Origin: Psammoneis japonica
Lineage: Eukaryota
Direction: 5' to 3'
DNA length: 49,721 bases
Assembly: GCA_008632985.1 (NCBI GenBank)
Contig: QPGO01000345.1
Span: 1 to 49,721, forward strand
The notes below the pieces were generated by a model. The model ran no database searches, was not told the DNA's origin, and saw only the letters and a program-made list of their open reading frames with translations. A program made the position numbers and the translations under genes. Positions within the stretch are counted from its first letter, which is position 1. Each line of letters begins with the position of its first letter. This document shows positions 24,790 through 36,749 of the stretch, in pieces.

Positions 24790-25315
24790 GGAACTGCAAG
24801 ATGAGACGCTGTGGTTGCGACGCTGGAGCAGTGCGGCTTCTGATGTCATTGTGGCTGTTGATGTTGTGTGTTGTGTGTGGGCAAAAATTATGCGCGTGCG
24901 CGCGATTCGGGAGAAACAAAGAACGAAGAAGGATGGAACTTCTCATTGGACTTGCGCCACCAACCAACCATGGTTGGATGGTTGAGTGTGTTGTCTTTGG
25001 TGGCTGGAAGAACAGGAAGCCCCGCCTGTCCCTCATCATCATTTTGGCACAGTGGAGATTCCCAGCTGCAGAGCCTTGGGTGTCACAAAAAAGTGACAAA
25101 GAAATTGTGCAGCTGCTTTGGCTGGGATGGTGGTTGTGGACTCTGTTGGGGGTTTCTGGCGATGACACAACAAGAACTGTGGTTGGGCAATGCAAGCCTT
25201 GTCTTGGGTGGACACAGCACCTTGTTGTCAGACCAAGATTGTGCCGCATCAGTCATGCTGCAGAAACAAGGCAGACAATGATGAGACAGTGCGCAAGTCC
25301 ACAGTTGCACTGCAA
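24790..25315. other. Small TpA-depleted island (domain C)
   Basis: About 520 bp with a single TA by my reading (~24889), TG/CA-rich, between normal-composition flanks. Confidence 0.7.
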
Positions 25316-25439
25316 TGTACGTGTTTCATATCAGTGCTCAACGATACCCGTGCGTGCGTGGTCGGTTCGCGCCACGCATGCAAAAAAAGACGTCGACATT
25401 CTCTCGCATCAATAAATATCAAACATCAACAATTTCACC

Positions 25440-26726
25440 ATGATGAAGTTTAGCAGCCTCGTGTTAGCCGGGCTCGTCCTCCCACGCCTAGCATCCGCCT
25501 TTTCGTTTGCAAGCCCACAAGCCGCTTCCAGCTTTGTGGACATTAGCGAACTTGCGGAACGCGATGTGTACTCCATGGAAGAGTGGGCAGCCCAATGTGG
25601 AGTGCAAGAGGCCGAGGGTTTCGAGCTTACAAGCTATGATGGGAACGACTATTATGCAGCAACGCAAGCGGATCTACCAGCCGGAAGTCCCGTTTTGTTT
25701 GTTCCCAACGACATGATATTTTCGGCTTCAAAATCGGCTCAAGAGTTTGGTCAAGCCCTCGGGGAAGCCGAATATCAGCTAGCCAGCGCTGGGTTGGAAG
25801 AAAAGATTCCCCTCTTTCGCGTCTTTATCAAGATTCTAGTGGAATACCAAAAGGGCAATGAATCTCCCTGGTTTCTCTGGCTGAACTCCTTGCCTCGTTT
25901 CTTCAACAATGGAGCCGCAATGACGTATGCGTGCTTTGATTGTTTGCCACCCTACGCTGGATACTTGAGCCTGCAAGAACGAACCAACTCTGTCAATTTT
26001 CAAAAAGCAGCAAAGCTTGTGCCCATACTCGGCGAGGAAATCACAAGCGATGTTCACACCTTAAAGTGGGCCTACAATGTCGCTACCACTCGAGCCATGG
26101 AGTTGAACGGCGAAAAGTTGATTGCGCCCATGGCGGACTTTTTTAATCACGGTACCGAAACCGAGGTGGAAATTGGTCTTGACGAGGAAGGTAACGTCAT
26201 AGTGTACAGTACAAAGGATGTTCCCGCCGGTACGCCTCTTCGCATGTCCTTGGGTGACTCGACGAATCCTACTCCGCTGTTTGCAAGGTATGGATTCCTG
26301 GACGACTCGTCGCCGGCTACTTTCTGCAAGGCGATGCATCTTCGAACGGAAATGGAAGAGCTCGGTTATGACTTTTCAAATTTGCTCTTTTACAAGGAAA
26401 CAGGAGACGTTTCTCCCGAGGTTTATGACATTTTTCTTTACTCCCTTTTAAAACAGGATCCCGAGAACCAGCAGGCTTTTTACCAAGCTGTCGTGAATGG
26501 CGACGAGGACACCAAGAACCAGTACCACGAGCACTACTATCCCTACACATTGGAAGCCATCAAGAAGCACGTGGATGACACTTTGGCCGAGCTGGACAAT
26601 CTTTCCGCCAAGGCCATGAGCTACGATCCAAGCACGCACCCCCGTGTTCCGGTCATTTTGGCCCACAATGAGTTTGTCAAGCAAACGTTTTTGAGAGTCA
26701 AGGCAAACCTTGATAGCAGCATGTAG
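25440..26726 (+). CDS. Plastid-targeted SET-domain protein lysine methyltransferase (Rubisco LSMT-like family)
   Basis: Signal peptide followed by ASA-F cleavage motif (MMKFSSLVLAGLVLPRLASA|FSF). SET motifs: ATQADLPAGSPVLFVP, WAYNVATTRA, LIAPMADFFNHG, LFARYGF. Intact ORF. Confidence 0.85.
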   Translation: MMKFSSLVLAGLVLPRLASAFSFASPQAASSFVDISELAERDVYSMEEWAAQCGVQEAEGFELTSYDGNDYYAATQADLPAGSPVLFVPNDMIFSASKSAQEFGQALGEAEYQLASAGLEEKIPLFRVFIKILVEYQKGNESPWFLWLNSLPRFFNNGAAMTYACFDCLPPYAGYLSLQERTNSVNFQKAAKLVPILGEEITSDVHTLKWAYNVATTRAMELNGEKLIAPMADFFNHGTETEVEIGLDEEGNVIVYSTKDVPAGTPLRMSLGDSTNPTPLFARYGFLDDSSPATFCKAMHLRTEMEELGYDFSNLLFYKETGDVSPEVYDIFLYSLLKQDPENQQAFYQAVVNGDEDTKNQYHEHYYPYTLEAIKKHVDDTLAELDNLSAKAMSYDPSTHPRVPVILAHNEFVKQTFLRVKANLDSSM

Positions 26727-27392
26727 AGGCGTGTGCTCTTTGATTTATATAATTCATTTTTGGTTGTTGTTGTTGTGCGGTAATCATGCTATCCATGGAA
26801 GAAATGCGTAAGCATTTCCCACATGTAATGTTGTGACAAAGATATTGTCACAACTTGCTTTTGCAATGTGAAAACAGCTTTCTATGGGTAGCATACTGCA
26901 GTCTCTAGACTAGGTTTATAAGTCGCACAGGTATCACGTGGGCCATTTAATTAGCGCCCGAGACTGCTTTTATGATTCGCAAAGTTGACGACTTGATTGA
27001 TGTTGCATAATAGCTGGTATTTCGGTCTGACTTGTAGATAGTAGCACTGGTTTAGAGAGGGATCGAGTTGGTAGCCTATGTTTGGTAATGTCCTATATGT
27101 AGGGTATTCTGATTGAAACGATTCTAAGCGCGTGAATTTTGATTTGAACAGATTCCAATGTCTATCTGGGATTTGGATCTAGCATTCGGTTTTCCCGTTT
27201 CTATATCAAACTACTTTTGCAGACTTCACATGCCTGTATGCATAGTGTCTCCCACCGAGCTCGATCTGGATTCGGGTCTTCTCCGCAATTCTTCACTAGC
27301 CGGCTCCACCGCTTCAGTTTTGCAAAGCAGTTCGAATTCGTAGATAAAGATAACGAGGAAGAAGTTAAAGAGAAGAAACAATACTTAAGTAG

Positions 27393-27827
27393 TCAATCTA
27401 CTCGAACACTCTCTTTATTAGCAGGTAGTTCCTGAAGTAGCTCCGGACGAATGCGAACTAATTCGAATATCACATCCAGTCCACTGTTAGACTTCCTCTC
27501 GAAGCCGGAAGGCGGCTTTTCGGGAGCTGACGCAGCCAGCAAGAATGGAAACAGTCCTGTTTTTGGATCAAGAGTACTCACTGAATCTGGGAAAGCCTTC
27601 CACAACTGTCTTACTACTTCCCATACGTGACCCAATTCGATGGCACAGTGAAGTGCCAGCCGACGATCAGTCGTTGCTGGTGTAGCCGCAGCCCGAGGAC
27701 GAGCCTTCAGCAACAAAAGAATCACATTGTTTTCGCCTTCCGTCATTTCCATGTCGAATGGCGGGGCCGGATATAACCGAAGCTTTTCAAGTACTTTTTG
27801 GGCCCACGGGGCCTGCAAGGCACTCAC
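27393..27827 (-). pseudogene. C-terminal fragment of a diatom-type ankyrin-like protein
   Basis: RLALHCAIELG...LWKAFPDSVSTLDPKTGLFPFLLAAS...LDVIFELVRIRPE. No intact upstream frame. Confidence 0.55.
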
Positions 27828-29499
27828 TTCCTTTGAGGTCAGCGACGGTGCACATCCGCGGGGCTCCGCACTTTTATTCTATCACGGCGGATGTACGTGA
27901 TACGCGATTGGTATACCGCCCCACCACCAATGCATCCAAGAAAGACCGTCGCCTCTGCCACACAGACATTTCATTGTTTTTCATTCCGGAGGCATGCTTT
28001 ACTTGTTCCATTTGTGGGAGCTACATTGGTCCAATCCGCGGGCACTACACCGCGACGACGCGGCGGCGATGCACGTGCCTATGGCACCGCCCCATCACCA
28101 CCCATCATGTATCCAAGAATTCCTTTATCTCGTTTTTGCTTACCCTCTGACGTGCCGATCCAACGTCCAACGGACGAATGTAGTGGCGCTCCGTCCTTGT
28201 CCCCATCCGCGGTACCGCGTAACGTGCAGATTGATGCCACATCTACTTCACCTTCTGGCTCTCCGACTTTTGGTCCTATAGTCTGTGGCCTGCAGGACTT
28301 GTGCCCTCGTCAGCTTGTCCCGCAGCATTCTTCCGTCATCTGTTTCAGGCGGTACACCGAGTGAAGTTCTGTACGGAGGCCCCAGTGACGAACCTTCTAG
28401 TGCTATCCCTCTGACGTGCCAAGACATTCTGCAACCGGCGAATCTAGTGTGGCGCCGTCTTTGTCCTCATAACAGTACCAAGTGACGTGCCTACACTATC
28501 ACCCCTGGCTTGTTTGGGTCCCTTTGAGTTGTCGATGATGAACTATGTTCCTCGGATGCAAAATGTGCACACGTACGTTCCAAACTGTTATTGTTTGTTT
28601 TACCAGTGCTTCTTTTTTTTTCTAACACGCGTGGTGTGCTTTTGGCATTACAATTTTCCCTGTACAGTCCATCTCCCTCCACTCTGAGGTTACCACATAG
28701 GAATCTCTTGTTGATTCATCATATGGACTTGCGTGTGATTCGCTTTTTCAGCCGCGGCAAGAAGAGGCATTCGTGTAGAATGTCTTCTGCCGTGAAGTCG
28801 CCGAGTGCATTGTCATCGACCGCCGCCGCAGGGCACTCCCTCCATCCAAAGTATGTAGCCCCGAAAATTTCCTCTCCCTCATCTGGCACTCATTCAATCT
28901 CAACATGCTTTTCTCCTTTTACAGGAATCCCATACTTGCCGTTACGAAGACATAAAACAGACAGCGGCTTGTGTTTTTGAAGAGAAGCTCGCGCTTCCTC
29001 CTCATCCTTGTACAGTATGGGTGATAGGGCTTCTAGCGGATCCTTTCTTTGTAAGTATCTGAGCCATTGTTGTTGGTGCCGTTGCCATCGTCTGCCTCGT
29101 CTTCATCTCCATCGAATTCGACCTCAACTTCGTGTTCGGTTTCGCCTCCGTACCCGTCTCCCGATAGCTGTTCATTGTATGCGTTCAGGATTCGCTGGAT
29201 TCCTTTTAACTTCAGGAACTTGGTGAGTGCATTGTATGGCCAGTTAGTTGCCTTTCAAGCCCTGCAAGAATGGCCGGTTGTATCTAATGATTGCTTCTCC
29301 TAGGAATACTGCAGCTCACCTTGTGACAGCAAGTCAGAAGCGAAAAGGGAGGGATGATAAATTAAATTACTGGTTGCATGCACTTATTCAAATTCGAATT
29401 TCTGTCAAATTTTGAGAGGTCACCGACATCTGTCCTCTGTTACAAAAAGAAACTTAGGCTGAAGGACTGAACCTCCATGTCCAAACCAAACTCATTCCA

Positions 29500-30027
29500 T
29501 GTCAAACACATTCAAACTGGCAGCACCTTTGTCAGTCAGGTTCCTTGATTGGAAAATAAGCAAAGTGTTTCTCCCCTCCAGAAGCCAGAAAGTTGGCAAC
29601 AACAACATCAATTCTCTTGCTGGTGATTGAAGCGACCCTCCCTGTGAACTTTTGGGCGCGGGGGGGGGGGGGGGGGGGGTCTCCAATTTTCCATTGCCTG
29701 TCATCTGTGGGTGGTGAAGGCCTGCTTGTGCTCTGCTCACCTTCTTGCTTTCCAGCCTCCAACTCTTCAGTGGCCCTTGCCTTGAATGACCTCTGCCTTT
29801 CTCACTGAACTGGTTTTTCTTCTGCTCAGCAACCAATCTGAGGCTGTGCTTCTGATCTGGGAGATGCTCTGAAAAAAGCACCACTCTCCCAGCCTGCGCC
29901 ATCATGAAAGACATTTCTGGCAACAGCTTGCCTTGTGCCAAGATTTTCAGTGGTGTCATTTCTGAAAAAATGACATGTTGACATCCCTCTCAAAGTTTGA
30001 GAAGTCTGGTGGGTGAGTTGACACTGC
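29500..30027 (+). repeat. Direct repeat copy 1 (~530 bp, partner at 32662-33231)
   Basis: tgtcaaacaca...ttccattgcctgtcatctgtg...gttgacactgc. The 3' ~340 bp are nearly identical to 32885-33231. Confidence 0.9.
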
Positions 30028-30249
30028 TCTCTCCAGCTGCTCTGAGGGGCCTGGGCCTGCAAGAGCCTCTTCCTCTTCCTCGCTCAAGAGCACTCTTTGT
30101 GCCCCAAAGGCCAGTCTCAAAGGGTTGAGCACAGTTTGGGTGGCTTGCTCAACTGGAGCTGTGGTGGCAGAGCAACCTCCAGGAAGAAGCGCACAAAAGC
30201 AAGAAGCATGGTTTGTGGTGACAGAGCAGCCTCTGTGAGGAGTGCAGAG

Positions 30250-31460
30250 CTGTGCAGTGGCCAGGTGTCAGCCAGCAGAAAAAGTCTCTTCTGACAAAGT
30301 GTTTGCAGAGAACCCTGGCGGCATGGTGTCAGTCAGCAGAAAAAGTCATTTTTGCCAAAGTGTTTGCAGTGCTGTCTTCTGAGCTTGCTTTCCACATCCC
30401 AAGGAACACTCAAAGCATTGAGCGCAGTTTGGGTGGTGGTTTGCTGGTGGAGTGTGGCTGTGGCACCAGAGCAAAATTTAGGCAGCCCATGCAGAGAGGC
30501 CCAGTGTCAAAGTGTTGGCCACAAGAAAAAGTCCCTTCTGCCAGACTTTTTGCACTCTCAGCTTCTGAGCCCACACTTTGCGCACCAATGTGCAACCTCA
30601 AAGGCTTGGGCACAGCTTGGGTGGGTTTCTTTTTGGCTGTGGTTGCACTGGCAGAGCAGCCTCTGAGTGTGCAGAGAACCCCAGTGACTGTGGTTGCACT
30701 GGCAGAGCAGCCTCTGAGTGTGCAGAGAACCCTGGTGAAAAAGTGTCAGCCAGCAGAAAAAGTCACTTCTGCCAAAGTGTTTGCAGTCTTGTCTTCTGAG
30801 CTTGCTTTCCGCATCCCAAGGAGCCATCTCAAAGGGCTGAGCATGGTTTGGGCAGTGGTTTGATGGAGTGTGACTGTGGTGCCAGTGCAAAATTTGGGCA
30901 GCCCATGCAGAGAGGCCCAGTGCGGTCAAAGTGTTGGCCACAAGAAAAAGTCACTTTTGCCAGACTGTTTGCACTCTCAGCTTCTGTGCCCACATTTTGC
31001 ATGCCAGTGTGCAACCTCAAAGGCTTGGGCGCAGTTTGGGTGGGTTTCTTGGCTGTGGTTGCACTGGCAGCAGAGCAGCCTCTGGGTGTGCAGAGAACCC
31101 TGGTGGCAAAGTGTGTCAGCCAGTGGAAAAAGTCACTTCTGCCAAAGTGTTTGCAGTCTCATCTTCTGAACTTGCTTTCCACATCCCCCAAGGAACACTC
31201 AAAGGGCTGAACACAGCTCAGGTTGGCTCTTTCTTGACTGTGGTTGTGGTGGTGGCAGAGCAGCCTCTGTGTGTGCAGAAATCTTGTGTGTGATGACCAG
31301 GTGTCAGCCAGTGGAAAAAGTTGCTTCCAACTGATGCAAATGGTTTGCAGCCCAAGCTTCTGAGCACACTCAGTCTGTCCCCAGGCACAATCTCAATTCA
31401 TTGAGGAGCAAGTGTTGGCCAGCAGCAGAAAAGCCCCTTCTGACAAATTGTCTGCACTCT
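30250..31460. repeat. Degenerate tandem array (~370-430 bp higher-order units with short subrepeats)
   Basis: Recurrent gtgtcagccagcagaaaaagtcacttctgccaaagtgtttgcagt, cagcccatgcagagaggcccagtg and ggttgcactggcagagcagcctctg. Confidence 0.85.
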
Positions 31461-32661
31461 CAGCTTCCTCCACACACCCAAAAGCACAAACTTCTTGAGG
31501 GTCATCTTCTTTTTTTTGGCTCAACATTGCCCCAGCCTGACTGCAGGTGAGTCAGACTTGATCTTTCTATCTGGACAATGGACACCCCAAGTCATCAGCT
31601 GGGAGTTCTGACCAACTCACTCTGGCCCAGGGGTGGCCTTAAAGAGCATTCATTGTGGTTGGCTTGGTCCATCCTCTGTTGTTTTTTTTTTGGCCTGACA
31701 TTGCCCCAGACCAAGAGCAACAAACAAATCAAACAGTTGTCAGCTGAGAGTTCTGGCTGGCTTGCTCACTGCGTGATCCAGAAGCAGACTTTCAAAGTCT
31801 GCCCCTTGTTGAAAGAATTCATTGCAGCTGCCTTCTTGACTCATCTGGAGTTGTTTTTTGGCCCAAAATTGTCCCACGCTGCCAGCTGAGGGGTCTGTCC
31901 AACTCACTGTGTTGTCCCTGGGGGGCTGACTTTGAGAGCATTCATTCTTGTGGTTGCCTTGGTGATGGACACCCCAAGTGCAACAAACTGACCATGCAGT
32001 TGTCAGCCAAGGGCTCCAGCCAATTTGCCAATTTGCTGTGACCCAGGGTTTGTGGGCTTTAAGAGCATTCATTGTGACTGCCTTGGTTCGTCCTGCGGTG
32101 TTGCTTGTTTTGGCTGTGTGATGACACAGCCCAACAGTGGATGCAACATGACATTCCCTCTTGCAAGTGTTGAGCACCTCAAGAGGCAATGAAGTTTGCT
32201 GACATGCAGCAGCTGCTTGCCTTGTTCTTTCCAACCAAGAAGCACATGCAGTTTTTGGAAAAATGGGAGAATTCAACCACACTTCCAATGTTCTGCAACA
32301 ACAGCAGATGGGACACATTGCACCAACAAATGCTGAGCTTTGGGACAGACAACCACAGGCTGGCCCTCAGAAAGGCTGGGAAAACAAGTGCTGCTGCTTA
32401 AGAGTCATCATCTTTGCACACTCATGCTCTGAGGCATCTTGCTTCTGCTGGGATTCTTTCATTCAAGTTTGGTCACAAAATGAACCCCAGGTGAGCTTTG
32501 CTTGATTTTTCTTCTTTCTGCTGGCAACCATCAACAACTTGCCAATTGGAGCATGCAAGTGATGTCACTCCTCCACACATCAAGCACAAAAAGACCAGCA
32601 GTCTCATCAACTTCAAATGTTTCAACAGCTTCTTTGTGCAGCCATTGACCTCCTCTTTTTG

Positions 32662-33231
32662 TGTCAAACACATGCAAGCTGGCAGCACCTGTGTTGGCTG
32701 GGTTCATTGATTGGAGAACAAGCAAAGTGAGCTCCCCTCCAGAAGTCAAAAAGTCAGCAACAATGTTGTCAATTCTGGTGCAGGTGAGCTGGCCCTCTTT
32801 GTGAACTTTTGGGTGGAGAATGTTGTCCAAGATGGAGTCATTTCAGCTGCCTGTCCTTTTTGTGATCTGATTTCCAAGACACTCTTTTCCATTGCCTGTC
32901 ATCTGTGTGGGTGGTGAAGGCCTGCTTGTGCTCTGCTCACCTTCTTGCTTTCCAGCCTCCAACTCTTCAGTGGCCCTTGCCTTGAATGACCTCTGCCTTT
33001 CTTGCTGAGCTGGTCTTTCTTCTGCTCAGCAACCAATCTGAGGCTGTGCTTCTGATCTGGGAGATGCTCTGAAAAAAGCACCATTCTCCCAGCCTGTGCC
33101 ATCATGAAAGACATTTCTGGCAACAGCATGCCTTGTGCCAAGATTTTCAGTGGTGTCATTTCTGAAAAAATGACATGTTGACATCCCTCTCAAAGTTTGA
33201 GAAGTGAGTCTGGTGGGTGAGTTGACACTGC
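32662..33231 (+). repeat. Direct repeat copy 2 (partner at 29500-30027)
   Basis: Near-identical minus-strand ORFs 29492..29959 and 32899..33159 (MTPLKILAQG.LLPEMSF...). Confidence 0.9.
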
Positions 33232-35905
33232 CATCATGACACAGTTCCTGATGACAAGATTTGTTTGCTTGTGATGCTCTTTCTGGAAAAATGTTCTGCT
33301 GGCATCCCTTTTGCAGTTTGAAAAGTCTGACAGGAGGTGAGTCAAGACCCCTTCTCTCACTGGCACTCCAAGGGAGGATCCACAGGTCCCTCATCTTCCT
33401 CAGCCAAATGAGCAAAGTCAGCGGCAGTGTGTGCCCTGTCTCTCTTCTTGACACTCTGGCCACCATTGCCCATGGGGGCAGTGGCTTGGGTGGAGGGCTC
33501 CCCTTTTTGCAGAGCCTGGGCATGCCCTCTGGTTCTGGCACCTTTGTCTGCATCTGGCCAGCTGGGATGTTGTCACAATGTGGTTTGTGTTTGCCTCTCA
33601 CAAACAATGCAGGAGTGCCAGGCTGAATTGCACACTTTTGACAACTGCAAGAACACTCACCTGTCTGCGCCAGCTGCACATTTTCTGTGCTTGCCCACAA
33701 CGTGCACCACCCTGTCATCCCTTTGAGCAAACCCACCACAGATCACCTTGTGGCAGCAAGTCAAGAGCTCTGAACAGCAGCAAAATGGGTTGTCACCACC
33801 CTTTTCACATGGCATGAGATGGAGTGTCTTGGGCTGTGGGAGGTCTGGGACAAGGAGCGCTCTTCTCCTGCATGTTGCAGATGGCCTGGCCATCAGGTCT
33901 GATGGGGGGGGGGGGGGGGCAGTGGCGGGTCTCCTGCTCTAACAGCTTCTGCCATTTGACAGAGATGGGAGGTCTTGGACTGCAGATCTGAGGCAAGGAG
34001 TGTTTGCGTGTTGAAGAAGACCCTGGCCACATCTGAGAGGGGGTGGCACAGAGGGTCTTGCCCTGCTTGAACAGCTCTGTTTCTGCCATCTTGTTCAAGC
34101 CAAGAGCTGGGTGGCACAGCAGTGATTGGTGTGTTGTGAGACCAGCCAGTTGGCAATGTTGATGAGAGAGCAGCAAAAAATGTGGTTGCATTGTGGGCCA
34201 AAAAGCAACAACAACAAAGAGTGCTGACAATGGGATGGCACCAGCACGCCCCTTGCAGACGCATTGAGGGAAAACAAGCTGCAATGCTGGTTGCACACAC
34301 CAGTTGTTCAAACACATGTCACAATCGGTTTTTGATTGACAACACATTTTTGGAAGTGAATGTGCACACATTAAAATGCAGACAAGCAAAATTTCAAATT
34401 GCCAAAATTTTGAACACAAATTTGTTTGTCCTTGGAAATGCAACACCACAATTTTGACCCAAGAAAACTCATCCAAAGCACAACAACCAAACCAATCATC
34501 ACAATCCAAGAAGCAACAACACCATGGCCTTGTGATGCATTGTCAGGCCACAGATCCAGGAGGGCACTGCTTGACTTGCTTCAGCAAGTTCATTGTGTTG
34601 TTGTCATTGCTGCTGCAGCTGTTGAATCTAATTCTTTGTGGCGTGCCTTTCAATGAGCACAGGAGAGAGCACGCAATGATGCACGGTGCAGCAAACCCCA
34701 CTGCCAACAACATTGCCACTGACAGGAGTGCAGGAACCCAAAAAATGGAAGAAGGGGTGAGCACAGTTTGGTGTTGTCATTGCCATCATTCCAGCCATTG
34801 AATCCAATCATTTCATTTTTGCATGCTTTTCAACCATGCATGTCAAAGGACGCAGAGAGCGACAACAGCCTGGAGGCTTCTTTGTCACATGGCGCAGTGC
34901 ACCCCAATGCCAACAATGTTGCCACTGGCAGGAATGGTTGAACCCAAGAAGCAGCAGAGTCCTTCATGGCAGGGGCAGTGAATGGATGTTGGGGTGAAGG
35001 GTGAAGCAAACTGGCTTGATTTTTCTTGACACACATGCACACATGTGTGCATGTCCTTTTCCAAGTGTCCTCAATGCTCAACAGCTCTGCTTTTTGCACT
35101 TCAGCAGAGACATCACAATTGACCACAAACTGGAACATTTGGCAAGTCATCCTCAGAACAGCTCTCTTTTCCTTTTCTGGTGACTCACACCAATTGTTTT
35201 TCCCTCTTGCATGCACTGCCACGGAGCATCCAATGAGGTGCAAAAGAAGAGAGCGTGCAAAACCACCATTCTTGCAGCAAGGGCCACAACAAATCCTTTG
35301 TGAACAAGTCTCAGGATGATGGTGCATGCTGCAAGACAGAGACACAGGAAGAGGCTTGACGATTGAAAGTTTTCTTTTTGCATTGACGATCACAAGAAAC
35401 TGTGTGGTGGAGCGAGTGCTGTGGAACTTCAGCTCCACCAATGTGTGATGACCCAGTTTGTTTGATTGCATCTCAATTGATCCTCTGTTGATGTCATGGT
35501 TGTCAGTGCTGCAGCATGCAAATGCATTGCACCGCAGTTGAGAGTGATGCTGTGCCAGATGCATGGTCCACAGGAACAGAGGAGAGCACTGATTCCTGGT
35601 GTTCCAGAAGCGGGCCGTCCCCCAGAAGATTGGAGGAACCCTCAAACCCAGAAATGTGAGACAGCAACTTGGCACCCAGGAACAAAAACCAGCAACATCC
35701 AAGAAGGACCACCCAGAAATTCACCTGGAGAAAGGTGAAAAATCCAGCAATGTGACAAGCAAAACCCCACCTCCCCAGTGATCTCCTCCAGAAAACACGC
35801 CATGTGGCATCCAAAGTCATGCACAATGAAGTGTGCTCAGGAAATCCAGAAACTCCAAGGACATCATTTCTGGAACTCTCGCGTGCAGTGCAGCCACTGG
35901 ACGAG

Positions 35906-35907
<2 letters not shown>

Positions 35908-35938
<31 letters not shown>
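35908..35938. repeat. (GA)n microsatellite
   Basis: About 15 GA units. Confidence 0.95.
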
Positions 35939-35939
<1 letters not shown>

Positions 35940-36749
35940 AGCAGCACCTGGCATTGTGGAGCAGCAGCCACTTCCTCCAGCAAGTGACAATTGCACTGCT
36001 TCTGCGTAAATTGTCTTGAAAGGAAAAGCATCCATGACCCACAACCTGCCACCATCAAAACATCACATGGAAATGCTGCGGCAACAAGATGATCACTCGT
36101 GCCATCAAATTCCACTTTCTGTGATGATGGCATTCCATGCCATGGACCCTCCTCCACCAAATCCAAGTGTCTGCTCAGTTGGTGCGCTGGTGCAGGTGGT
36201 GCCGGAACACTGCACGGGACAACCTGACAGCAAAGGTGGGGTCAGCTTTGTCACTGAATTCAACACTGCCAATGGCCCAACGAATGTGTGGCACACAGGT
36301 GACAAAAGTCACAACCCCTCTCACTTCAAGAAGAAGACCAACTTGAAGAGAAAGAGCTTTCAAAAAGTCACAACCCCTCTCACTTTAAGAAGAAGACCAA
36401 CTTGAACTTTGCTGAACAGCAATGCTTGCAATGCAGTGTTTGAACATGTCAAGGAGAGTGTCATCCATTGCACACAGAAAGAGTGTGTGCAAGGCATGCA
36501 TTTGACAAGATCTTCAACAGACTGAAACGCAAGGACTGTGGTTCTGAGAGACCTGCCCTGGGCATGTTCGCAATGACAGCACCAGCGGACACACAGCTGA
36601 AGATTGTCAAACCAAGATGGAAGAGAGCAAGCAAGTGGCAAGACACCAAAAGAGTTGAAAACCAGCACAAAGCAGAGCCACACAAGCACAATGACAAGCA
36701 CACTTGCCAAGATCTCAGATGACTGCTGTGCCAAGCAAATGAAGCAGAG

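Noticed and set aside
25440..26726. The SET-domain gene as the chromatin writer behind the mutated domains
   Set aside because: It has a plastid-targeting presequence and LSMT-like features, so it is not a histone methyltransferase. No candidate mutator enzyme is visible in this window.
27891..28510. PSDVP-type mucin-like repeats suggesting a secreted protein
   Set aside because: Only two or three degenerate units across broken frames, too weak to call.
29660..29679. Poly-G run (also 33904-33919) as a G-quadruplex element
   Set aside because: It replaces ~70 bp present in the partner repeat and may be an assembly artefact. No functional support.
29500..33231. The 530-bp direct repeats as LTRs of a retroelement
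   Set aside because: No clear TG..CA ends, TSD, PBS or retroelement coding between them.
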